From Epiperipatus broadwayi (Eukaryota > Animalia > Onychophora): DNA of 64,000 nucleotides. Numbering within the stretch: position 1 is the first letter of the stretch; every line of letters starts with the position of its first letter. The position numbers and the translations under genes are program-made. Of this stretch, positions 38,950 to 51,891 are shown piece by piece. The stretch is from NCBI GenBank assembly GCA_028023455.1, contig JAQFVV010000006.1, forward strand, positions 12,586,001 through 12,650,000. Direction: 5' to 3'. Below the pieces are notes generated by a model, which did not search any database, was not told where the DNA came from, and saw nothing but the letters and a program-made list of their open reading frames with translations.

Positions 38950-40620
38950 GGAGATGGTCGATTGTATGCCGCGAACCTACACATGTGCCCTCCACAAAAT
39001 CAACCAAAAGGATCTGCTGCCCCAAACAATTAGAAAGGTGCTGCTGCTGTTAAATTAAATGAATCATCTAAATGCTGGAAATAACTGCTACTTCTGAAAT
39101 CATGAACAATTTGCTACTGACTACTGAACTTGAAAACTTCGTATAAACAGGTACCTGTATCCAAATTCTCTAGAGTATTCTAAATAATCACACTATAACT
39201 CACTCTATATAACTTGTAAACTATAACTTGTAAAATTATAATTTGTAAAACTGAATTTAATTATTAATTCATTCTGTAAATTTCTTTAATAATCTAGCTT
39301 GCCTAATTCTATCTTTCTTGGGTATGTATTTCTAAAATTTACATTTTATTATCTAATTATAGCATGCTCATAATTTTCTAAATATAAATCCATGTTTGCT
39401 TGAAACAGTGGATGCGTGTCAAATCCTCATTAATATTTACTTCCATAAATTATTTAATATTTTCATGTAAATCGGCACGCATTCAATGCCTCATTTATTG
39501 TAATGCAGGGATCTACTACTTAACAAATGGCTGACATATTAGTTATTAATACTCCCCTAGTTTATCTATTGTTTTTATATTTTATTAAAATTTAATTAAT
39601 AATTCCGTAAATTGCATTTCTTTGAGAGTCGTAAACGTTCTTTATTAAATGTTGATGATGTAGGACCGAGTTATAAAATATATTAAATCTTCGCATAATA
39701 GTCTGTACATTATACAGGTGTTATGTTTTAGAGACTCGATGACCCATTACAAGCCTTGAATACTCCAGATTCTTTAGGATTGAAATTAATCCCAATCGTC
39801 CTACACAAGTGGACATAATAAATGCTCCCGTAGGGCTTGATGACAGTCACACAGTTAGGAGGTAATTGTGGCATGAACCACTTGCCCCTAATTATGCTTA
39901 TGTGACACCTTACCTTTTGGGCCTACGGCAAACACCAGCCCGTTGTTTTAAACTCATTCACGGGTTTGCAGTTTGAATATACTACTGCCACCTTCATATC
40001 GCCTTTCTAGATGTACCACGTGTTTCTTCGTATTAACTTTATTATTCAATGTATAACTCCGTCTCTACATTAGTGACATAACTCACTCTCAAATAAATGT
40101 CTGTCCATAGTAATTTATAAATATCTTATTTAATTAAATAAATATATGTCTGCTACTACTATTATAAATCCTAATTTAGACTCTTGCATTGCAAAGATAT
40201 AAATCCCGAAGGCATGCTCTTGAAATACTTGCTCGAGAATTTAGGCAGCTAGATTACGTCAACTATATAGATAAATGTATCTCTTTAATATCTAACAGTA
40301 TCGGAAAATCCTGCTACTGATATTTTAAATCTTACAAAATATTATTAATTAGATGATTTAATATAAAATGTTTTAAATAAATAATTTCAAACTATACGTC
40401 TGCCGTCACATCTTTATTTATTCGATACCCATTCAATATAATATTTCCTTGATTCTGTAAATATAAATGATTAATATTAATGTTATTATTGGCTAACTCG
40501 AAATAAAATTCTTGATTCTCTTGCATCTCTCTGACCCCCATGCCTAAAGAAATATTTACTAGTGTAGCATCAGATGCATTGTTTCGTAGATTGTATTGTG
40601 GAATCAATAAACTATGTTCG
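38950..40620 (-). mobile_element. Highly degraded APE-endonuclease/RT non-LTR element (CR1/L2/Jockey-like)
   Basis: Minus strand gives, in order, IFAMQESKL (APE), KHGFIFRK (QHGFR-like) and YLEYSREFG (YLDFSKAFD-like); many stops and apparent deletions. Confidence 0.45.
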
Positions 40621-41085
40621 GACTCAGTACTACTGGTGACTTCGCTACCTAGATGGTGCTGCAGTTCTGTGTGGTGGTCGAATTCTGCACTATGTTAACG
40701 AATCACACGTTTCTGACCATTACAATATACTGTATTTATTAGCAAGCATTCATAAATATGAATACATGACCACGTGCAAAAAAAGATAAGAACACAAAAT
40801 TAAAGATGAATTTTATAATGACTATAAAAATCAATAATACCATACCATAAATAAATGTGAAATATAGTCATAACTCTTTACTGTGAATTTAAACTTTAGA
40901 AGATCCAAAACAATGAACTCTATGATATAAATAAATATAAACACAATGACCTTTCATATTATTTATATGTTTAAGTACAATAAATGTCATCAATATACAG
41001 TTGGATAAAATGAAAATGAAGTTGTATTAAGTGTTGTTCCTACTGAAATATGCTTTAAAATCATATAATTCTTTATTGGGCACTA

Positions 41086-41712
41086 CAGGCAAAACTCTTC
41101 TTTCAGTAGTGCAACTCAGTGCAAGTCAGAGTAATCAATGGATACCAGGAGGTTTGTGCATAAAATCCCTATCTAGTGCCTACTCATCCAATATCCCCAG
41201 ACTAGTTTCTGGCTTATGGCCTTCATCAGTGAGGAGCCGTGAATCTGAGACCACTGCACCTAGATCCTAGGATCTAATGCAACCCTCCAGCAGCCACCTT
41301 TTATCTATAATTAACTACACAAGTATGAGAATAAAATTAAAAACAAGAATATTTTCAATCTAAGCTCATTAGCTTATGTAGTCACATAGGTCTGAACTCA
41401 GTTCAGTACCCATACATTTTGGTGTCTGGTTCTTTAATAACCATAGCCACCACTATCCTATTAGGCAAGATTGGTATTAAACCACTAAATATCACATGAC
41501 CACCATTCCTTATGCTTGATCATAACTGTTATTAAAACAGAAACTAGTTGGGATATTGGATGAGTAGGCACTAGATAGGGATTTTATGCACAAGCCTTCT
41601 GGAATCCATTGATTACTCTGGCTTACACTGAGTCACACTGCTGTATAAAGAGTTTTGCTCATTTTAATAACAGTTATGAGCAAGCATAAGAAATGGTGAT
41701 CATGTGATGTTT
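41086..41712. mobile_element. Family A insertion A6: one full monomer plus inverted arm
   Basis: Monomer 41086-41537 (452 nt), inverted arm from ~41540; 11-bp TSD ttgggcactac (41076-41086, 41713-41723). Confidence 0.92.
41194..41235 (-). ncRNA. Minimal type I hammerhead ribozyme (Family A)
   Basis: UCCUCA-CUGAUGA-AGGCcauaaGCCA-GAAA-CUAGUC-UGGGGA, core intact. Confidence 0.75.
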
Positions 41713-41814
41713 TTGGGCACTACCTTAGCTTTTAGTATTGAAGAGATTCTGAACATTTTTTTAAAGATGTACTTAACAATGTTCACTTGAAAAGCATCAT
41801 TAGATCATCATGAT

Positions 41815-42060
41815 TAATTTCAACCATTATCAATCCATTGGAGGGTAAAGTCATTCTAAGTTAAATCCATTTTTTCTAATTTACAACCCACCTTTTTCCA
41901 TATCACTTCACCAAACTTCTTTATTTTATTCACCCAGCTCACACATGGTCTTTTTCTAGATCTTTTACAATCTCTTGCTCTTGGAATCTGATTTAAAATT
42001 TCATCCATGGTGTTGCTTGATATTAAACTTGGAGGGAAAAAGCCAATAAACTCACTATGC
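41815..42060 (-). mobile_element. Degraded RTE-clade LINE 3' end
   Basis: QIPRARDCKRSRKRPCVSWVNKIKKFGEVIWKK is homologous to the 20376-20560 peptide. Confidence 0.75.
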
Positions 42061-42637
42061 AGGTTATTGTGTGTTAGTGAGTGGCATATCCATGGTTGTT
42101 TGCGGTGATAGCAGTAGTAATGCCAATAGTGTACGGAATTTGAACTTGTTCTTCTTGGTTTTTTTAAGGTCTCAAAGAAGAATAAAAAGCTTTTGTTTAA
42201 CTGCAAACTTTATCAAGCAACCACTAAATATATAATAAATCCAAAAAATTAAAGTAAAAAGTACCAATAATAATTACATCTGTATTTTGAAACCTTACTT
42301 AGAATACCAAAGATCTTTGAAAAGTATTAGATTATTCTATTAATCTTTAAAATTATAACATTTGCAAGAAATATCAATAAAAGTTTTCTTTTAATATTTT
42401 GGAGGAGAATAAAGAGTATTAGCATTGTAAAAATCTCTTAAAATCGATCATGCTAAATTGGCTTAATCTATTACCTTCTAAAACACCATAATGTATGTAT
42501 TCCTAGCTATGTGTGGCAAAATCACTACTAACATTTTATCTGTGGATTTAAACTCCAGTATTCTTGATAACATGGCTAAATAGACATTAAAAATCCATTA
42601 GGCTAATAAAAATTACCGGAGACAGATATCAATAAAG

Positions 42638-43213
42638 ATGAATATTTTACCCCCTTGTATAAATGTGACTAAAATTAAAAATAATATTTGTATGAATGTT
42701 TATAGGAATAAAAATATAAATAATGAAACAGTAAAAGAACATAATGGTAACAGTAAATACAAAAATAAAATTTTTATAGATAATAATATTTATATTGGTT
42801 TTAAGTTATCTAAATTTGTATTTTTGAAATTAAATGAATTGTTAAATAAAATTAATAAAAAATACTGTATAAATATAAAACCTGTATACAAAAAAAAGAG
42901 AACTTTAAGATCTTTGATTAATCATAAAGAATTTAATATGCTTGAAGCTATGAATTCAGTGTATTTAATTAAATGTTTGAACTGCAAAAACAATGTATTC
43001 TATATTGGAACAAGCAAGAATAAATTAAAAACCAGACTATATCAGCATATAATTGATAAGAAATCTGCTATCTTTTGTCATAAATTGGAAACAGGACATA
43101 AAGACTATGAAATCCGACCTTTGGAATGTATTGGTAATTACTTTGAAAGATTTAACAAAGAGAGTATTTATATAGAACATTTAAATCCTGTTTTAAATAA
43201 GATGTTAAAATAG
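42638..43213 (+). CDS. GIY-YIG endonuclease ORF of a Penelope-like element (family P3), with an RT C-terminal remnant
   Basis: SVYLIKCLNC...FYIGTSKNKLKTRLYQH...SAIFCHKLETGH...RFNKESIYIEHLNPVLNK; N-terminal INVTKIKNNICMNVYRNK resembles the PLE RT thumb; HHR downstream. Confidence 0.85.
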   Translation: MNILPPCINVTKIKNNICMNVYRNKNINNETVKEHNGNSKYKNKIFIDNNIYIGFKLSKFVFLKLNELLNKINKKYCINIKPVYKKKRTLRSLINHKEFNMLEAMNSVYLIKCLNCKNNVFYIGTSKNKLKTRLYQHIIDKKSAIFCHKLETGHKDYEIRPLECIGNYFERFNKESIYIEHLNPVLNKMLK

Positions 43214-43430
43214 CTTATATATTTGTGCAAAAAAATTGACTGTTTTTGTATAGATATTTTTTTCCTTTTGGTATAAAAAATTTCTCACTATATAAGGAAA
43301 TGTTGTGATATACAATTTTTCCATTTTTGGTTTATAGGTATTTTATTTTGTTATTATTATTATTTTTATTTGTTTTTATTTTATTTTATTTTCTTGTTTT
43401 CTTATTTATTGTATATTTTTTCTCTGTTTT

Positions 43431-43488
43431 ATAGAACCTTGATAAAGTCCATATCATTATTTTAAAAAATGGACGAAACGTCGGCTAT
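43431..43488 (+). ncRNA. Minimal hammerhead ribozyme, U3-A8 core variant
   Basis: AUAG-aa-CC-UUGAUAA-A-GUCCAU-loop-AUGGAC-GAAAC-GUC-GG-CUAU; 6-bp stem II; palindromic ACGU stem III. Confidence 0.7.
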
Positions 43489-43739
43489 TTATATTTATTT
43501 GTGAAGTTATATATTGTATATCAATAAAAAATTTTGAAAAGAAAGTCTCTCCGTAGTTTTTTGACTTTATATTAATAATACAAAAAAAATAATAAAATGG
43601 AAATATAATTAATTATGCATAATTTTTTCTTTCTTTGAAAAAACAATAAAATAAGTATAAATATTAAATATGGCAGTTAGTAAAAGCACTTTAATGAAGA
43701 CTTCACAAGTGTTTTTCAAGCAGTAAGAAAATCATATTC

Positions 43740-46070
43740 TACATTACATAGAAAAATAAAAGAATGCCAAAAGAAGGAACTTGCTAACATACATGGGCAT
43801 ATCAAAAATCATAATGCACAAAGCAATGTAGCATCTGTTAAAAAGCCAGTTCTAAACATCTAACAGATACTGAAATTTTTGTTCTTGAAAGAGGATTAAA
43901 CTTTGCCATAACACCATCTAATATCCCTTTATCAGATATAATGGCAGCCATTGAGGAAGTCACTCAAAAATTGCCTTTAGAAGAAGCAGAAGAATTACGC
44001 TGGAGAATAAAAAGAACCCTTGACAAGCAACAAAAATTGAAATCAAACATATCTTATGATAAGAGGAAAGCAATTAAATCTCTCAAAATAAATAAATCTC
44101 ATTCTCCCTGCTGACAAAGGCAATGCAACAGTTGAAATGGATACAACTGATTATGACAACAAAATACAAGAACACCCACAGGCCAATACAGGAAAGTGGC
44201 AACAAATTCAATACCAAATACAGAAACAAAGTTACAAACATTACTCAGAAAACATTGCAGTTATTTCAGTGATTCAGAAAAAAGTAAATTAACATCATAT
44301 TACAGCAAAATTCTTCATCTTTATAGTCTACCTAAAATCCATAAGGATCATGTTCCATTAAGATCTATTTTTAGTTCTAGAAATTCAACTTGCCAAAATT
44401 TGTCAAGATTTCTTCTCAAAGTTCTAAATCCTTTAGCATACAAGACAAGTCCTTTGTCAGAGATTCTAGATACTTTGTAGAAGTATTCAAGAAGATGAAA
44501 ATTGAAAGAACTGACTCACTGGTAAGTTTTGATGTGGAAAGTTTATTCACAAATGTACCATGCAAAGAATAATTGTCTATTGTAAGGAAAAGATTAAATG
44601 GTGATAATAGCTTACAAACCAGAACAGCTCTTCCTATTGATAGTGTAATGTAACTATTAGCATTCTGCACAAAAAACCTACTTTCAGTATAACGCAGAAT
44701 TCTTCCAACAAAGTGAAGGAATTTCTATGGCTCACTAGTGTCACCACTGATTAGCAATATTTACATGGAAGAACTTGAAACCACAGCCATAAAAACTCCA
44801 TATCCACCTAAAGTTTGACTTTGTTATGTGGATGATACATTAGTTGTATGGCCACATGATGAAGCAATGCTACAAATTTTCTGGAACCACATCAACAATA
44901 TATTCTCTTCAATTAAATTCACAATAGAATCAGAACAAGAACAAAAATTGGTATTCTTAGATATTCTTGTGACAAGACTCCCTCATAGCAAAATCAAAAC
45001 TACAGTTTACTGAAAACCCACACATACAGGAAAATACTTAGTCTATATATCCAATCACACAAGAAACACAAAACATGGAGATATAATATCACTATGGTAC
45101 AGTGCAAAACAAAGTTTGTTCAGAAACCATGATTTGGAAAAAGAAAAAATCTATATAGAAGAAACACTTACAAAAAATGGTTATCCATCAGCTGTTATTA
45201 AGAAAACTTTAAATAGACAACAAAAAGAACCATCAAAAGAAAAAAACAATTATTGATACTATAATGTACCCATACATCCCAAAAACAGCAGACAAATTAA
45301 GGAAAATCTGCAATCAATATAACATCAGAACAGCTTTCCAGAGCCATACCACACTATGAGGAATTCTAACATCTATAAAGCCTAAATTTGAAATGCTGAA
45401 AAGAAAAAAATGCATCTATAAAATACTATGTGAATGTGGAAGAACATATATTGGTGAGACAAGGCATCCCATTGAAAAGTGCTTGCAAGAACACAAACTG
45501 ATGATTAGAAGAAAGAAAACAAAGGTGTCTAAGGTGTCAGACCATGTATGTATCAATGATCATATGTTCAATTGGGAAAATACAAAAATATTGGATAGAG
45601 AAGAAAAGGTACAAAGAGGAAAATTTAAAAAAGCTGTTCATATGACAATGGCAAACAATCCCATAAGTCAACTAAGTGAGACTATACATAATATATGGAA
45701 ACCACTAATCAACTTTGCTTTTAGGAAAAAGTGGAGAAATCAGGAGGATTCTCATAGATAAGTATAAGAAATTTCTACTGATTGTTGCCATTGGCAGGAT
45801 ATCTCAGTTGGTTAGAGGGTTACCTTAAAATTCAATACTCAAGAATCTTAAAAGTCCAGATTCAAATCCCATGCCAGTACTGTCAATGGTCAGGCCATCA
45901 ACACCTAAAGAAGAGGTAGAATAATACCTCTCAAAACTTTGTGCATTTACTAACTTGTTTGATGTGCTATTACTAATAGTTGAATGTATTTGGAATATTT
46001 AAATAAAGTTAAATTTTTCTAAAGACGTTCAATACTCATATTAGATGAAGGAAATAGTCCAATATAAAAA
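43740..46070 (+). mobile_element. Near full-length disrupted Penelope-like element, family P1 (RT plus C-terminal GIY-YIG; Poseidon/Neptune-type)
   Basis: RGLNFAITP, LPADKGNATV, LPKIHK..VPLR, VSFDVESLFTNVP, YVDDT, IKFTIESE, FLDILV, KPTHTGKYL, CIYKILCECGRTYIGETR; several frameshifts and stops. Confidence 0.95.
45792..45876 (+). other. tRNA-like (Lys-like) module inside the P1 3' region
   Basis: TGGCAGG/CATGCCA acceptor-like stem, A box TATCTCAGTTGG, CTC/GAG D stem, ACCTTAA loop, B box GATTCAAATCC, ~20-nt extra segment. Also at ~3822, ~4205, ~32752 and ~53055. Confidence 0.6.
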
Positions 46071-47425
46071 TATAACTAAAACACCATCATCACAACCCTT
46101 CAAGAAAATATTAAATGTGACAGCTTTTTGTCAACCATTTTGTTTTAAATATCTATTGTATGCCCCTGAAACTGTATAATTAAAAAAATGACTGCCATGC
46201 TTGGTCGACAGGATAATACCAGTACTCTAAGTTTTATTAAGAACAATTTTGGACTACTCTGTGTAAAAAATGAAGACAATGAAGAAATAGCCCTTTGTAT
46301 GAATAGTGGAATCATAGTTTTTGTGAATTCATCTGAACTCATTTTAAATTTTTTTCAAACGCAGCTAATCAATGAAATGATAATGAAAGTAAACAAATAG
46401 TCAAGGACATAAATAAGTCAACTGGAATGCTGAATTGTTTCAGTAAAAAGGAATCTAGCTATATATATATATGAAGTCCATTTGACACAGATGGGCAACA
46501 TCAGACTATTGTCAGATGTAGGAGTCATTGTCCACTATGCTGAAGCATGCTCATGTCTAGAGTAGAAAACTAATATCTATGGATATCATCAACTTTTCAT
46601 AGAAGATAAGCCACTCATAGGCTGGAAGGGTCAGGGTTTCTTCACGCTCACTAAATGTACTGTTAACAACTAAACATTCCCAATTTGGCAACGGTAACAG
46701 AGGTGAATATAGTGAAGAATCGATTGTAAATAGATATATTACATTTAATTATTGGTTTTTGTGTCATTATTAAATAACTGGAATATTATTTCAGCCATAA
46801 TATATATAAACACAATACACATTCGCAAAGATATTTTACAAGTCTGGATTTGAACGTAATGACATCTTTAGTTTATTGGCGATCCCTATATTATTATTTC
46901 GAAGACAATCTTTTCAAATAAAATGATTTAATTGATTGAATTGAGAAGCGTATTTGAACATACGTTTGTTTTTTCTATCAATTGTATTTCTTTATACAAT
47001 TTGTATCCTGTACTAGTAAATAAAAGTATTCGTGAATCTATTATAATGTTAACTTATCTTGTATTACATTTTACTCTGTATGTATAGATTTACCGTTGTA
47101 TAAAATGAATAAACTTTTAAAAAATAAAATAATAACAGAATTCTTTGTCTTTGTATTAATTTCAATGATCTATTGTTGTCTAAAAATAATGAACTGAAAA
47201 ATTATTGTATTTTAAAATTTAAAAACAAATAAACTTTACAAATTTAGAAAAGATGAAAGATTTTTAATGATCCTTAGGTTGTTTCCTTTTTCCTCTCTAA
47301 TACAATAGTTTATATTAAATGTAAACTTTCTAATTTTTAATTTAATATTAATTACTCATATAGTGAATAATTACTTAAGTTTTAAAAACAAGTATATCGC
47401 TTATACTGAACTCAATGGAATTAGA

Positions 47426-47543
47426 AGGGATTTGAACTCAGATTTTCAAGCTCCCTACAGCTATCCACATTATCTTATACAACCGATACACATCTTTTAT
47501 ATTTTTAGCTGTAGGGAGCTTGAAAATCTGAGTTCAAATCCCT
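47426..47543. repeat. Hairpin with 38-bp arms made from a SINE-like fragment
   Basis: agggatttgaactcagattttcaagctccctacagcta and its reverse complement; contains B-box-like GAGTTCAAATCCC; related single copy at ~57503-57570. Confidence 0.8.
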
Positions 47544-48967
47544 ACTAAATACTTAATTTTTAAAAAATTAAAATACTGAAATTTTTTTCTTTAAAAGAAC
47601 AAACAGGTTAAATAGAATTTTACAGCGCATTCGTATAATTAGTAATATATATATTTATTTCACGTCAACCATCTATTCTATAATTTTAATCATATTACTA
47701 TTTTTTGGCAATATATCTTTTCTCAGCCTATGAAAATGTAATTTTAATTCCCTATTGTAGTTCAAATATATTAAACTGAAAAATGATTGTATTTTAAATT
47801 TTAACGACATTATAGACTGTGGACAAACTTCACAGCTGTAGAAGAAGATAAAAGCCATGATAAATGATTCATCAATTCGTTATTTTCTATTTTTTTTCCC
47901 ATTAAACAGAATAGTTTATACTAATTTTAAACTTTTGTAATAAATATTTTAAAAAGCATTAAATGCTTTCCAGAGTATTCTGTATTTAACACTAAAATAT
48001 TTAAGCATAGTTAACACTAAATTATTCTTAACTAAATATAACTCACACGAAAATGTCAACAAATAATATATTAATGAAATAGTGAATTCTATAAAGATTA
48101 CTGAAATCAAAATGCATTTAGCTGTATGCTTTTCATTAGTAAAAAAAAAAAATGTATTGCGTTGGTTTGTAGGTCATGTGATGTTTGACATTCAATGTGG
48201 AAATTGAGCATAACATTTTCTATTCAATTGTCTTAACTGATATTGTTTTTAAATTTCTCTGCTGGAAATTAACTTATGATTATTTAGCTCCGAAGACTAA
48301 TCTTAATTAAACTGCACAGATCATTGTCCAATAAATCTTCATTTTTCATGGATTACAATTTTAGAATTTTGCTAATAAATAAATTTAAAATGTTTTTCAA
48401 ACTATTGTCCAATAATGAATGTTTTTTAAACTATTCTCCAATAATCCATTATAATACTTTCATAGAACTTACTGCTAAAGTGAAATTAATATATAAATTA
48501 ACATACTTAAATGATGTTTAACTAATCAGCCAATCAAATTACATTAATATTCACTGCAAATCTTTAATATCAACTCTAAATAATCAGCTAAACAGATTTC
48601 CCAAGTAATTTATTTTGTACATTTTATTGTACAAATGTATGCTACCAGACAGTTTATGCTAAATAACAAATTATATTATTGTCATAAAAGAATTTGCTTT
48701 GGGAGATTAGCTTGGAGGTTGCTTTAATGTGATATTAAACACTATAACTGAATATCATCAATGATTTGATTGGTAGGTTTGTTAAATGTTAAATATTTGT
48801 AACCAATCAAGTCTTTTGATCACAAATGAGAAATGTTTGGTTGTTTATATATATGATGTAAATAATTATAATTAAGATATTGCATTTATATAAATAATCA
48901 GGGATAATCTTACCTGACAGTCCTGAAGCTAAACAAGTTTTTTTTATTAATCTATAATAGGTCTTTT

Positions 48968-49070
48968 TTTTTAAGTGTCATAGCATCGGCCAGGATGCGA
49001 ACCCGCAACCCTGGCAACTGCCTGCAAGTGCGAGGCAGTCGCACTGACCTCTCAACCACCATTGCAAGAC
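48968..49070 (-). mobile_element. tRNA-Gly-derived short SINE
   Basis: Ends GGTTCGCATCCTGGCCGATGCTATGACAC plus A tail; 12-bp TSD aataggtctttt (48956-48967, 49072-49083). Confidence 0.85.
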
Positions 49071-50621
49071 AAATAGGTCTTTTGTCTTTAGTTTCAGAAG
49101 TAAAAGAAGATCTTCTGCTTATTAACAATTTAACCCAGATAGTTATTATAGAACATGGGCTATTATAGGTTAGTAGATATAACTTGTTTAGACAATCCAT
49201 AATTGATGATTTTTTGGCATCATAGAAGGTGTATCTTGGTTATTTACAGGGTATAATCTCTTAATTTTCATTGCTTACATCAGACTAAATCCATAAAAAA
49301 CATTTAATATATATATACATATTACTAAAAACCAGTTAACACTTAGATAATCCCAATATCAATAACAATCAATAATTTCAAATTGTTGTCAAGGCAACCT
49401 TCTTTTATATATATAAACAGTGTTAATAACAATGTGTCTCCTTGCTAAATCACACAGCAAATGCAAAATGACCATTTATAGCTACTTTCTCTGAATTTAT
49501 ATTTACCAAGTTTTATAATTCCAAGCCAAATTAAACCAAACTCAGATATAAACCCATCCTTCATCAATACAGTCTAATATTAACCTTTACAAGAGAGAGG
49601 TAATTTTGTCTCATTTTTGCCACCTTTGTAAATTAACAAAAATGTAATACCTAATAAATACATCACTTCAAATTATATGTAAAACAGCAGAAATAATAGA
49701 AGTTCTTAATGTTATCAATCTGTACAACTTCCAAAAAGGCAGGGACAGTGTTATATAACAAGACATGGCATTCTAAAAATAGTTCCATATTGTTTGAAAG
49801 CTCTGTATTTATTTATGAGTTATAGATGTAAATATTAATATGTAATGGGCATTATAAGTTCATGAAATTTTTATGATTGACTTATGTATACCTCTCAGTG
49901 GGGAATGCTTGGTTTCTTGTAAAAATTGAAAGATATTGTTAACATATTTTCATGCATGTAAAATATCTGTCCATCATTCTCTACAATGTGGTTCTATTTT
50001 TCACTTAATGGGTGTCAGATGAATGTGAGAATAAATCAATTGATTTAAGCTTCGACTGCCAATTTTAATTGGTTATTGCCTAATTACATGATTTTACAAA
50101 TAGCCTTCTCTTTAGATAAACAACAGGTATCAAACACTTGAATTTTTATACCTGTATCATCAGCTTAATATTACCATTACACCACTGCTGAGCAAGATAA
50201 GGACTAGTTTATATTCTGCTTTAAAATTTTGAGGAAAGATGTATGATCACTGCATCACAGAAATAATTTCAATTTTTTGGTTTTTACCAATGCAAGAGAT
50301 GTTTCATATCTACTATATGGCAACCATCCTCTAGTGAAGAAACTCAGACCATCTTCTCTTAGTATGCAAGCATTTTCTGAATAATTTTTACTTTTTTTTT
50401 TTCACTACTTTTTTGGCACTTTCTGTAAACTTTAGGAACTAATTAATGCCAGTTAGTATTTTATTGGCCTATCTTTATTGTTCACATAAGCTAAAGATTT
50501 CAGACATTTAAATCTTCGTGTTTGTGTTGACATATATCTGCATCAGTTATTTTTATATATTCAGTCATACAATTTTCAACTTTCTCATGCACTTCAACAA
50601 TACTATTTTTTTACATCAAAA

Positions 50622-50666
50622 CTTTATTCTTACAGTTTCAGCTGTACTGCTGTCATCATCAGCTGC
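50622..50666 (-). ncRNA. Degenerate HHR-like motif related to the 128-bp repeat
   Basis: CTGATGA-TGACAGCAGTACAGCT-GAAAC-TGTAAGAATAAAG parallels CTGATGA-AGACTG..CAGTC-GAAAC-TGTAAAGAATAAA; stem II poorly paired. Confidence 0.4.
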
Positions 50667-51891
50667 AATATCCAAATATATAATCATACAATTAACACAC
50701 ATATTTATACATTGCACAACCGATTATCCCAAATATCAACATTTCAATTAATCATTATAATCTTAAAATAATAATTAAAACCATTAAAACAAATATATAT
50801 CATATTAATAAAAATACACATAGTACATAAATATCAATGTTTAAAATTATGGGAAAGCTACTAAAACAACCCAGTGAGCTATATGTAAACTAAAGCAACT
50901 GTCAATAAAGGAATAGATACAGAGTGAACACATCTGACTTTTAGTTTGGTCTGTATATAAGCATTCATTTTATCGGTGTATTGCAAAGATGAGCATGAAT
51001 TAGATATACGTAATTTCTGGATAACTATAAGTTATAGTGAAATTATAATAATTAATCAGAGGCAGGGCCGAGCCTCATATATAACAACTTTTGAATATTA
51101 AATTAATCTTCAGTTAATAGATGCAAATATAATTTGCAATAGCTCAAATATAGAAGGAATTTGTTTATAGGCTACTTCTTAATTTAATGTGCAGAGGTTG
51201 TTAAATATGTGGCTCATCTTTCCCCTCATTAGTTATAATGATTTTGGAATAGTTTATAGTTGTCCTGAAATTATGTTAATTTGCATAATTCACATGCTGT
51301 CTTGCAATACATGAATAAATTAAACGTTTGTATATGATTTGAGCTAAAGTACGGGGTGCATTTATTGATAGAGTTGTATTAGTTTATATATAGTTTCACT
51401 AGAGGTTTTCAGTAACTTCCACATAAATTTCATCTATAAGTGCTTTGCGCACAGACTATAAAGCTTTAAATTTAATTGTATATTAAGCTAAACACTTTCA
51501 GGAGATATGTACTCCTATATTCATAGCTAGGCATGTAATGAAAAATATCTATAATGCATATGATATGGAAATATATGTAAATTTGAGTGCATCATTTACA
51601 TCCATTTTCTTGATATGAAGCAGCTAGAGTCTTTTCTGTTAAATGCTATAGGATCACTTGCTATGTAGCAAGCCTTCTTAACCTTGCGTTTTGCATCGTT
51701 TCTTTCCATACAAACAGTACTCACTGCTGATCTATATTTGAACTATTGCAAATTATATATACATCTATTAATTGAAGGTTAATTTACTATTCAGGGGTTA
51801 TTACATATGAGAGTCAGATTTTTCCCTCCGATTAGTTATAATGATTCAAAATAGCTTATAATTGTTGGAAATTACATTAATATAAATAATT

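Noticed and set aside
44390-44670. Overlapping and antisense ORFs in the P1 RT region (also 31484-31666, 3509-3718, 54264-54566)
   Set aside because: Shadow frames of decayed RT sequence or of hairpin repeats.
48950-50300. Ancient minus-strand PLE RT remnant
   Set aside because: Only faint echoes of the PKIH/PLR and YIDD motifs; not supportable by eye.
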